A stretch of 46,693 nucleotides of DNA from an uncultured Candidatus Binatia bacterium (lineage in GTDB: Bacteria; Desulfobacterota; Binatia; UBA9968; JAJDTQ01). Under the pieces are notes generated by a model. It had not been told where the DNA came from, searched no databases, and worked only from the letters and a program-made list of their open reading frames with translations. Position 1 is the first letter of the stretch. Each line of letters begins with the position of its first letter. Both the position numbers and the translations under genes were made by a program. The DNA lies in the NCBI GenBank assembly GCA_965213675.1, contig CBDCAF010000013.1, positions 1 through 46,693 of the forward strand, given 5' to 3'. Below are positions 38,638 to 46,693 of the stretch, piece by piece.

Positions 38638-38667
38638 ATCATATAAGGGCGCTGCTGCATCTGTCAA
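38638..38667 (-). promoter_or_regulatory. Near-consensus sigma70 promoter
   Basis: TTGACA-N18-TATGAT on the minus strand. Confidence 0.65.
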
Positions 38668-38978
38668 CACTCACTCGCCGGGACTCACTCGCCGGGATCA
38701 ACCCAAATGCCACGGGATCCGAAGGCGGAGGGGATGGGCGACCGACTGCCCTCCCCCTTTTCCGGTTCATTCCCTTCCCGCGTGGTTTTCCAGCCGTCCA
38801 CACTCCCCGGTGTGCGCCGCCGCTTCGCCGGTGAGGTCCCGTGATCGGGCGAGCCACCCATGGTGTCAGAGGGGGCGGGGTGGAGGCGGTCGCGGCCGGC
38901 CGGAGAGAGCGGTCCCGCGATCTTTTCTTCATCCTTTCCTTCAACCCTTCCTTCAAACCTCCCAATCAAGGAGAATCC

Positions 38979-39672
38979 ATGAACCAGATCACAGCACCGC
39001 CCGAACTCCTCGTTCGGCAAGTCCCCCTCGACCGGCTTGTCCTCGCCCCCGAGAACGTGCGGAAGACCCCGCCCGACAGGGTCGCCCAGGCCGAACTTGA
39101 GGCGTCCATCCGCGCCCACGGCCTGCTGGAGAATCTCGTCGTCCGCAGTGACGATTCCGGTATTTCCAAACACTCCAGTAATTCCAAAACCTCCGGGACA
39201 TCCAAAAGCGCCAAGTCTAAAGACAAAAAATACGCCGTGGTGGCGGGTGGGCGCCGCCTTCTCGCTCTGGAAGCCCTGGCCAAGTCCGGGATTATCCCTT
39301 CCGATCATCCGGTTCCCTGTCGGATAGCGCAGCACGAGAACTTTGAAGAGCTGTCGCTGGCGGAGAATGTCGTCCGCATCGCCATGCACCCCGCCGACCA
39401 GGTGGTTTCATTCGCCAGACTGGTACGGGAGGGAGCTACCGTAGCATCCATCGCCGCCCGCTTCGGGGTTTCCGAGCGTGTCGTGGAGCAGCGCCTCCGG
39501 TTAGGGAATGCCGCCCCCGAGCTCCTCGACGCCTACCGTGCCGGGGAGATGGACCTCGAAGCATTGAAAGTGTTCGCCATGACCATCGATCATGAGCGCC
39601 AGCACACGATCTGGGCGCAGATATCCGCCGAGAGCTACCGACCCACAGCCTGGCAGGTCCGCCGTCTGCTCA
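38979..39672 (+). pseudogene. ParB/RepB/Spo0J-family protein, 3' truncated
   Basis: ENVRKT..ELEASIRAHGLLENLVV..VVAGGRRL..SLAENVVR..MHPADQ..IAARFG; AAGGAG RBS; fused to IS66 DNA at ~39673. Confidence 0.88.
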
Positions 39673-40276
39673 CTGGGAATGGTGCGAGGGCCAGTGCCGT
39701 CGCCCCGACCTGGTACCGACGAACCCGCTGTCGAAGGCGTTGAAGTATGCAATGGGGCGGAAGGGTCCTCTTCAGGTGTTCCTGTCGGACCCGGACGTGG
39801 CGATCGATTCCAATCATCTTGAACGGCAAGTACGCCCGATTGCGATGGGCCGGAAGAACTGGCTCTTTTGCTGGACGGAGGTCGGAGTGAAGCGGGTGGC
39901 CGTCATCCAGAGTCTGCTGGTGACCTGCCGGCTGCAGGGGATCGATCCTGGCACGTACCTGGTGGATGTGTTGCAGCGGGTTGGGGAGCACCCGGCGAAG
40001 GATGTGATCGAGCTTACCCCAAGACGATGGAAAGACAAGTTCGCAGCCAACCCGCTGAAGAGCGATCTGGCCAGGACCAGGGACAGCGCTCTGAGTTGAT
40101 CGGCCGGCACGGCCACTGACGCGGGCCGGGTTCCAGGGAGCGCATGCCGGTTTGGCTGGGGGAACGGCTCCGCTCCCACGTGTCGGTTCCGGGAAACTGG
40201 CCTCGGCCCGGGCAAAACCGATCAAGTGTATCCATGATGGAGATGAGGGGAATAACGCCTCAGAATGACCGCTTAC
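39673..40276 (+). mobile_element. IS66 right part: tnpC C-terminus (to 40099) and IRR
   Basis: PLSKALKY..IDSNHLERQVRPIAMGRKNWLF..SLLVTCRLQGIDP; ends CGCTTAC at 40276, followed by CTTGCTGC. Confidence 0.9.
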
Positions 40277-40374
40277 CTTGCTGCATCACGTTCGGCTGCC
40301 TCCGTATCCCGCCGGGCACAATCCACCCACGAACGGTCATGGGAGGCCTGGTTTTCGGCCTGCCTGGCATTCAA
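40277..40374 (-). pseudogene. 5' half of the small membrane-protein gene split by IS66
   Basis: GGAGG RBS, TTG at 40374: (M)NARQAENQASHDRSWVDCARRDTEAAERDAAR. Confidence 0.6.
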
Positions 40375-40445
40375 CCGTTCCTCCAGCGCAAGCTGTTGGA
40401 TGCCCGGAACACCCACACCGTGGTCTTGCCATACTCGCCCCCAGG

Positions 40446-41090
40446 CTAGACGTCCTTCATTGCCAGGTATTCGGCGGATGACAAGGCCTTTCTGCCCCTG
40501 GACGGATGCTCCCCGTTCGATCGCGGGGTCTCTTCCCTCCCCCATTTCTCCCAGCGCTTCACCAGCCTCCAGATTACCCGAAGACCGAGTCCGGTCTCCT
40601 CCGTCAGATCGAGAAAGTCCCCCGGTGACAGGACCTTTCTTTCCCTTTCGGCCAACCTCTCCTGAACGGCTTCCCAGAGCCTGTTGGATTTGTCCTCATC
40701 CGGTACAGGTGGCCGCCCCGTGGCACCTTCCACCACCAGTGTGCGGCGCCAGCGGGAGTAATTTCGTTGACTCATCCCGAATAGACGGCTCATCATGTCC
40801 AGCGGAGCATCCGCGGTCAGCAGCATGCGCTTCATCCTCTCGATCTTCTGCAGGGTATGGAGGCGGTTCAGCATTGGCAGGAAGACATCCCGATTGAGCG
40901 TGATCTTCAGGCAATGCGCCCGAAGGGTATCGGCGCGATGAAGATCCGACAGTTCGATGTCCTCCAGGGCCTTCAGTTCCATCGGCCCGAAATCCATCTC
41001 GCGAAGGGCCTCCAGGTCCCCTTCGGCAAGACTCCGGATGGCGTACACGAGAACCGCAAGGACGAGATCGGCTTCTTTGCTCCTGCTCAT
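40446..41090 (-). CDS. DUF2857 / STY4526-YPO1902-family ICE protein
   Basis: L.EGDL.AL..M.F..EL..L and A.A..MM..LFGM...R..L...GRP pattern; follows ICE parB with ATGA overlap. Confidence 0.75.
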   Translation of the reverse strand: MSRSKEADLVLAVLVYAIRSLAEGDLEALREMDFGPMELKALEDIELSDLHRADTLRAHCLKITLNRDVFLPMLNRLHTLQKIERMKRMLLTADAPLDMMSRLFGMSQRNYSRWRRTLVVEGATGRPPVPDEDKSNRLWEAVQERLAERERKVLSPGDFLDLTEETGLGLRVIWRLVKRWEKWGREETPRSNGEHPSRGRKALSSAEYLAMKDV

Positions 41091-41778
41091 TCCCGACGGG
41101 GGGTCTGATCCGGTTGCGGCCGCTCCGGGCCGGGACGTTGGGTATCGCCGTCATCTCCCGAATGCCGGGAATGACTGCAGGGAGGTGAACGAGGAAACAG
41201 CCAGGCGGAAAGCTCTGCTTCCAGTTCCAGGTGAATCTCCGCCCGCACCCTGTCCGCTTCGTTGGCGATTTCCCGTTCCAACGCATCACGGAGCGGCTGG
41301 ATGTCCCATTCCGGACAGTCAAGGCGGCGGCACAGTTCGGCGAACACCATGCCGAAAACGGTTTGGCCGGTTCCATTTCCGGCCGCGCCACCGTCCAGCC
41401 CCTGGCGGGCCCAGACCTTCCCTGCGGCCCGCTCCAGGTCACGGATTGCCTCGACTTTGGCCTGTCCCAGGCCGGCGGACAGGGCTTGGGGCATCACGGG
41501 CCAGAGAACCCCCACGGCATGCATCATCCCGGAGATCATGGCCCCGCCGAGATCGAGCCCCCTGTCCCGGAACAGAGCTTCCAGTTGATGCGGCGGCAGG
41601 TCCCCGGCGCCGCACTCCCGTTCCAGGAACGCCTTCGCATCGCAGACGGCCAGGGCACGCTCGATGAAGGTGAGGCCGGCGCGCAGTTCGTTGTCCCTCA
41701 GGTAGGACAGGAGGACACCGGACTCCCCCTCCCAGGGCCGGACAATGCAGTCCGCCCAGCGGAACCGCTCCTCCCCCG
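40915..41778. repeat. 864-bp direct repeat, copy 2 (in intact gene context)
   Basis: Matches 12340..13203. Confidence 0.95.
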
Positions 41779-42064
41779 TCTCCTCGAAAAGCTCCTTCAG
41801 GATCCGAAGCCGGGTGCTGCCGCTGCCGTGGAGCAGATAGTCTCTGGTGCCCGGCTCCCGGGTAACCACCAGGGGCCGGTCCAGGCCAAGGGTCTGAACG
41901 GATGTCCTGATGCGATCGTATTCGGGATTCGGCTGTTGCCTGGGACTGCGTTCATGACAGCGGATCCGGTGAACCCTCACCCGAACCAGGGACGGCTTGA
42001 GACCGTACTGCCCCGACCCGCCCGGCTTTTCAGACGGTCCGGGCATGACGGAAAAGCCTTTCAT
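41087..42064 (-). CDS. PFGI-1-class ICE ParB-family protein (start uncertain)
   Basis: PR..PNPEYDRIRTS..GLD.P..TR.PG..G.TRLRILKELFEETGEERF..RPW..NELRAGLTFIERALAV. Confidence 0.8.
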   Translation of the reverse strand: MKGFSVMPGPSEKPGGSGQYGLKPSLVRVRVHRIRCHERSPRQQPNPEYDRIRTSVQTLGLDRPLVVTREPGTRDYLLHGSGSTRLRILKELFEETGEERFRWADCIVRPWEGESGVLLSYLRDNELRAGLTFIERALAVCDAKAFLERECGAGDLPPHQLEALFRDRGLDLGGAMISGMMHAVGVLWPVMPQALSAGLGQAKVEAIRDLERAAGKVWARQGLDGGAAGNGTGQTVFGMVFAELCRRLDCPEWDIQPLRDALEREIANEADRVRAEIHLELEAELSAWLFPRSPPCSHSRHSGDDGDTQRPGPERPQPDQTPRRE

Positions 42065-42365
42065 GGTCTTCGCTGGCCCCGTCCCCCCGGACGCCGTCCT
42101 TCGCCCGGATATCGGGTGGAGGATCAAACCCCTGGAATATTTCCGGATGGCGGACCATGCTGGACCGGGGCACCGTCGCCAGTCGGCCATTGCTCCGGCT
42201 GGCTATCAGGCAGGTATACCCCTCGATACTGATTGCCATCAGGGGACTGGCAAAGCGGTGCCCACCGGCGATCTGGTAAAGGTAGCCCACCGAGCCGTTG
42301 CAGCGGGCAGCAACCTCGGCGCGTTCCTGCTTGGTCGAGATCCTGAGAAAAAGACTGAGCTCCAT
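42030..42365 (-). CDS. Cro/YdaS-like HTH regulator
   Basis: ERAEVAARCNGSVGYLYQIAGGHRFASPLMAISIE. Confidence 0.7.
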   Translation of the reverse strand: MELSLFLRISTKQERAEVAARCNGSVGYLYQIAGGHRFASPLMAISIEGYTCLIASRSNGRLATVPRSSMVRHPEIFQGFDPPPDIRAKDGVRGDGASEDHERLFRHARTV

Positions 42366-42782
42366 AAAATCATGTTAGTAACGGAAACGAACACCCCCGA
42401 TTACAAATCGATGAGCCGGCAACCGATGTCTCTTATCAGTCTGATAAAGATCCCTGCCGCGGACCTTGCCGGGATACGCAGGCCAGGACGGCCCGGTCAA
42501 CGGGAACCCGGGACGCAAGCACCACGACCCGGCCGCACCAGCGGATTCATGAGCGCCGGGAATATCCTGGAATTGCCGGGAACAGCCGGGAATAACCGGT
42601 TCCGGCGTCCGGGCCGTATGCTATGGTTCCGGCATTGCCGGCACCCGGCCGCAGGCCGGTCCGGGGACATCCGGGCCATCCGGGCGGGGATGCATCTATC
42701 CTGCTCGGGGGCGCCATGGGCCCCGCCCGGCAGACCCGGACGAGGAACTCTCCTTCAGACCGACGCGACCAGGAACAGCCGA

Positions 42783-43961
42783 GTGACCGCCGCCCGTTCA
42801 TCCCTTCCGACCGATTCAAGGGCGCTGCTCGTGGTTGCAGTCGCCATCGGAAGCGGACTCGCCGCCGCGTTCCACATGGGGAAGATTCCGGGCGCCCTGC
42901 CCGTGGTCCAGGCGGAGTTTTCCCTGGACCTGCTCCAGTCCGGGCTGGTGGTGTCCAGTTTCAGCATCCTCTCCGCCCTGTTCGGCATCACGCTTGGAAT
43001 CCTGGCCCGCCGGGCCGGGGCCCGCCTCGCCGGCGCTGTGGGCCTTGCCGCCACCGCGGCCGGGGCCGTCATGGGAACCCTCACCCCCGGGTTCCCCCTG
43101 CTGCTTGCGTCCCGGGTCCTCGAGGGATTCGGTTTCCTGCTCGTGGCCGTCACCATGCCCGGCCTGATCAACCGGGTCTGTCCGCCCCGTCTGCGCGCCG
43201 TGGCGCTGGGCATCTGGGCGGCCTTCATACCCGCCGCCATGAGCCTGATGCTGCTGGCCTCACCCGCGATCCTCGATGTGTCCGGCTGGCGGGGACTCTG
43301 GTGGCTGAGTGCCCTAGTTTCACTGCTTGTCGCAATCTGTTTCTTCGCCCTGACGGGGTCGCCGGAAGAAAAGCCCCGAAAGGCTGCCGGGAAACGGCCC
43401 GGCCGCCGGGACCTGGCAAGGCCGCTCCTGGTGAGTGGGGCCTTCGCCTGCTATTCCGCGCTCTTTGCAGCGGTTACGGCATTCCTGCCCACCTACTGGT
43501 CCGGGCACCGGGGCTTGGAACTGGAGCCAGCCACCTACCTCACATCCCTGGTGGTGATCGGCAACATCGTGGGAAACATCACCGCCGGATATCTCGTCGG
43601 CAGGGGAATGACCCTTGAACGGCTGATGCGCTGGGCGCTACTGGGGGGCGGCACCTCCGCGGCGCTCGTCTTCTCGGGGCTGGTACCGCTCGCGGGGGAA
43701 TTCGCCGCCGCGTGGATATTCACCTTTCTCGGCGGAATGCTCCCGGGCGCCGTGTTCGCCCATATCGGCACCATCGCGCCCTCGGCGGAATCCGTCCCCA
43801 TGACCACCGGCATGATCTTCCAGGGGGCTGGACTCGGCCAGGTCCTCGGTCCCGTGGGTCTTGGCATGGCGGCGGGAACCGGCCTGGGATGGACCGGCGG
43901 CGCGGGATTCCTGCTGCTCGTCTGCCTGCTGGGATTCTGGTTGTGCCGCCGGCGCGAATGA
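42783..43961 (+). CDS. MFS transporter
   Basis: About 12 hydrophobic segments, LLASRVLEGFG; start placed at GTG 42783. Confidence 0.85.
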   Translation: MTAARSSLPTDSRALLVVAVAIGSGLAAAFHMGKIPGALPVVQAEFSLDLLQSGLVVSSFSILSALFGITLGILARRAGARLAGAVGLAATAAGAVMGTLTPGFPLLLASRVLEGFGFLLVAVTMPGLINRVCPPRLRAVALGIWAAFIPAAMSLMLLASPAILDVSGWRGLWWLSALVSLLVAICFFALTGSPEEKPRKAAGKRPGRRDLARPLLVSGAFACYSALFAAVTAFLPTYWSGHRGLELEPATYLTSLVVIGNIVGNITAGYLVGRGMTLERLMRWALLGGGTSAALVFSGLVPLAGEFAAAWIFTFLGGMLPGAVFAHIGTIAPSAESVPMTTGMIFQGAGLGQVLGPVGLGMAAGTGLGWTGGAGFLLLVCLLGFWLCRRRE

Positions 43962-43981
43962 ATGACCGCGTCGGGACGTAC

Positions 43982-45085
43982 TCAGGCATTTCGACCCGGC
44001 AAGCCATGAAGAACCAGTTCCTCCGCATCCAGGCTTCTTCCGGCGTCCGTGACATCGAACCCGTCCATGGCTGAAACGGCCTCCCGCCATTGTTCTCCTG
44101 CCAGCAGGTCGCGCAGTGCCCTGACGGACGGATGCTGCCATTCCCGGCGTCTGACCGCGTAGAAGTACACTTCCGAAGCCAGCGGGATGAAGTCCAGGTC
44201 ATGGGCCACGGCAGCGGTTTCCATGCCGATGCCCACGTCCACCGAATCACCGGCCACCAGCTCACTGACGGCAGAGTGGGTGAACTCGATGTGATCGTAT
44301 CCCTGGATGCGGGCATTGTCGATGGACCGGCCCTCCAGCAGCAGGTCCAGCAGCATCCGGGTGCCGGAATTCGCCTGCCGGTTCACGAAGCGGACATCAT
44401 CCCTGGCAAGGTCCTCCACGCCGGTGATGTTGCGGGGGTTGCCGGGCTTCACGATCAGGCCCTGACGCCGCCGTACGGCGTGAATCACCCGGCAGTCCGC
44501 GGGTCTAAAGAACCGGAGATAATGGCGGATGAACCCCTCCGCAAGCACGCCATCGGCAAGATGAAACCCTGCGGCATTGCAATCCCCGGTCCTGAGATGC
44601 TGCAGGCAGCGTGCACTTCCGCCATGGGTGATCCGAGACTCTACCTGGAACTCCCGCGCCAGGATGTCGGACAGGATCGGGTGACTGAGACAGTGGCTGG
44701 CGTAGACCCTGAGGGATTGCGACCGCGGTGCCGGGCCGCCCGACACGACCTCCAGTTCCCGGCAGATCAGTTCTGCCGCCGACTGTAACGGAGCCCGGGA
44801 CTGTTCCCGGGCATAGTCCTTGGCCCACAACAGTTTCCTGCCCATTTCGTCCAGTCTCGCCCCCTGGCCCTGACGCGGGATAATCAGCGGTGCACCCAGT
44901 CGGTCGCGCCACTGGTTCATCAGGTTCCAGGCATTGCGGTAGGAGATGTTGCAGTGCCTGGCGGCGGCACTGATGCTGCCGCAGCGGTCGATCTGCTGGA
45001 GCAGTTCGAACAGAAGGTCGGGGACCGGCAGGGATTCATCCGCACCCAGGCACCAACTCACGTCAAGTTTCAGTTGAAACGGCAT
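43982..45085 (-). CDS. ModE-like HTH + periplasmic-binding-protein domain transcriptional regulator
   Basis: GSISAAAR..ISYRNAW; ASH; RRQGLIVKPGNP..FVNRQANSGTRMLLD..EFTHSAV. Confidence 0.85.
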   Translation of the reverse strand: MPFQLKLDVSWCLGADESLPVPDLLFELLQQIDRCGSISAAARHCNISYRNAWNLMNQWRDRLGAPLIIPRQGQGARLDEMGRKLLWAKDYAREQSRAPLQSAAELICRELEVVSGGPAPRSQSLRVYASHCLSHPILSDILAREFQVESRITHGGSARCLQHLRTGDCNAAGFHLADGVLAEGFIRHYLRFFRPADCRVIHAVRRRQGLIVKPGNPRNITGVEDLARDDVRFVNRQANSGTRMLLDLLLEGRSIDNARIQGYDHIEFTHSAVSELVAGDSVDVGIGMETAAVAHDLDFIPLASEVYFYAVRRREWQHPSVRALRDLLAGEQWREAVSAMDGFDVTDAGRSLDAEELVLHGLPGRNA

Positions 45086-45121
45086 TGTCTGTCCGATCTC
45101 CGGCGTCTTTGGCAGCAGACC

Positions 45122-45943
45122 TCATCGGGGCGCGGCATTGGCAAAGAATGCCTGCTGCCCCTCCAGGCGGTAGGCGTCGATGGCTTCCTGCCCCGGGTCA
45201 GAGGTGAGCCAGTCGATGAAGGCCTGCCCGTCGGCCGCCTTGACATGGGCATGCCTTACAGGACTGACCAGGACGACGCCGTACTGGTTGAACAGCACCG
45301 GTTCCCCTTCCACCAGGACTTTCAGGTCACCCTTGTTGGAGAACTTCAGCCAGGTGGCGCGGTCGGTGAGGGCATAACCGCCGATGCCGCTGGCCACGTT
45401 CAGGGTGGCGCCCATGCCGGAACCGGTCTCCCGGTACCACGCCCCGTCTGGTTCCACCCCCGCAGCCTTCCAGAGTGCACGTTCCTTCCAGTGTGTGCCG
45501 CTTGCATCGCCGCGCGAAGCAAAAACGGCACCAGCGGCAGCGATGCCCCTGAGAGCCTCCGACACGCCTTGACCCGCGACACCGGCCGGATCCGCATCCG
45601 GACCCACGATCACGAAATCGTTGTACATCACGTCAAGGCGCTCGACACCGTGCCCCTCGGCGACAAATTTCTCCTCCGATGGTCTGTGGTGGACAAACAG
45701 AACATCCGCGTCGCCGCCGCTGGCCATCCGGATGGCCTTGCCGGTGCCCACGGCCACGACCCGGACCCCGATGCCGCTCTGTTCCCGGAACCTGGGCAGG
45801 AGGACGTCAAACAGCCCCGAATTTTCCGTCGAGGTGGTGGAGGCAACGGTGATGAACCGTTCCTGTGCCGATGCGCATGCGCCTGTCACCGAAAGGACGA
45901 TGACGGCTGCGGCCCTGCAGATACTTGCACACGGTTTGTTCAC
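45122..45943 (-). CDS. tupA: Tungstate ABC transporter substrate-binding protein
   Basis: ASTTSTENSGL (TTS motif), VGTGKA, VMYNDFVIVGP, SRGDASGTH, GMGATL. Confidence 0.9.
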   Translation of the reverse strand: MNKPCASICRAAAVIVLSVTGACASAQERFITVASTTSTENSGLFDVLLPRFREQSGIGVRVVAVGTGKAIRMASGGDADVLFVHHRPSEEKFVAEGHGVERLDVMYNDFVIVGPDADPAGVAGQGVSEALRGIAAAGAVFASRGDASGTHWKERALWKAAGVEPDGAWYRETGSGMGATLNVASGIGGYALTDRATWLKFSNKGDLKVLVEGEPVLFNQYGVVLVSPVRHAHVKAADGQAFIDWLTSDPGQEAIDAYRLEGQQAFFANAAPR

Positions 45944-45991
45944 GGGACAGCGGATTGATGGCAGTTGGATTTCAATGGTTGGATCATCCCT

Positions 45992-46693
45992 TCACCAGAT
46001 CAGTTCCCCTCTCAGGTAGGCTGAAGCCTCCGCCGTCCCCGGACGGGTAAAGAAATCCGAGGCCGGTCCGCTTTCCAGGACCTCCCCGCGGTGCATGAAC
46101 ACGATTTCGTCGGCAAGCCGCCTCGCCTGGCCGATATCATGGGTCACCATGATCACCCGGGTTCCGTCTTCACGGATCAGGGAGATCATCTCCTCCACCC
46201 GGCGGGTGGCGGCTGGATCGAGGTGGGCTGTCGGCTCGTCGAGAAACAGCACCCGGTGTTGCACGGCAAGGCAGCGCGCCAGCGACAGGCGCTGACGCTC
46301 CCCTCCGGACAGGTGCATGGCCCTCCGCCCCGCCAGGGGGCCCAGCCCGGATGCCTCCAGGCCATGGGAAAGGCGTACGGAATGCAGCGCACGTTCGATA
46401 CGGCAGGCCTTGAGGGCGAAACGGATGTTGTCCTCCACGCTTCGGCGCAGCACCACCGGCTTCTGGAAGACCATGCCCTGGGAGGCGGGATGCTTGGCCA
46501 GGCCCGGATTCCGCCAGCGCACGTTCCCGCTGGTGGGCAACAAAAGTCCGTGGCAGATCCGCAGCAGCAGTGTCTTGCCGGCACCGTTGGGGCCCAGGAT
46601 CACGCTGGCCCTGTCTCCGTCGAAGGCCAGGTTGATCTCCTTCAGGAGCGTGACGTCCCCGGAGACAAGGCCCACATCCACCAGTTCCAGGGG
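45992..46693 (-). CDS. tupC: Tungstate ABC transporter ATP-binding protein (5' end possibly outside window)
   Basis: GPNGAGKT, MVFQKPVVLRRSV, LSGGERQR, LDEPTAHLDP; adjacent to tupA. Confidence 0.85.
   Translation of the reverse strand, partial: PLELVDVGLVSGDVTLLKEINLAFDGDRASVILGPNGAGKTLLLRICHGLLLPTSGNVRWRNPGLAKHPASQGMVFQKPVVLRRSVEDNIRFALKACRIERALHSVRLSHGLEASGLGPLAGRRAMHLSGGERQRLSLARCLAVQHRVLFLDEPTAHLDPAATRRVEEMISLIREDGTRVIMVTHDIGQARRLADEIVFMHRGEVLESGPASDFFTRPGTAEASAYLRGELIW

Noticed and set aside
41997-42782. N-terminal extension of the MFS ORF
   Set aside because: Overlaps the opposite-strand cro/parB genes and lacks protein-like features

Overview
GC-rich gammaproteobacterial DNA (hflD at the left edge, tungstate ABC tupA/tupC at the right edge) carrying a heavily rearranged relic of a PFGI-1/ICEclc-type integrative conjugative element: a MobH-type relaxase that has lost its HD motif, an ICE ParB, DUF2857 and a Cro-like regulator. 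A ~29.8 kb interval (10490-40276) is bracketed by the two ends of an IS66 element, with a matching 8-bp target duplication (CTTGCTGC) and the two halves of a split small gene. Inside it are: an 864-bp direct duplication of ICE backbone; a defence-type block (AlbA_2/Schlafen-like protein, complete type I R-M hsdMSR, a broken PIN TA pair, a low-GC OLD-family ATPase-nuclease, a decayed helicase); nested mobile elements (IS5 remnant, IS30 carrying a group II intron 3' end, IS91-like remnant, IS630, IS1634); and a leading-region-like block (SprT, HU, a very acidic protein, a MoxR-type AAA/DUF3150-like/DUF2201-vWA triad broken at a G18 tract, an NYN nuclease locus preceded by a promoter-hairpin-terminator unit, truncated ParB). 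Left of the island are a trimethylamine-dehydrogenase-family flavoprotein, an IS5/istB remnant, a MOSC protein, a D-aminoacylase and vapBC. No tRNA, rRNA or CRISPR array was seen. All family calls come from motif recognition, not database searches.
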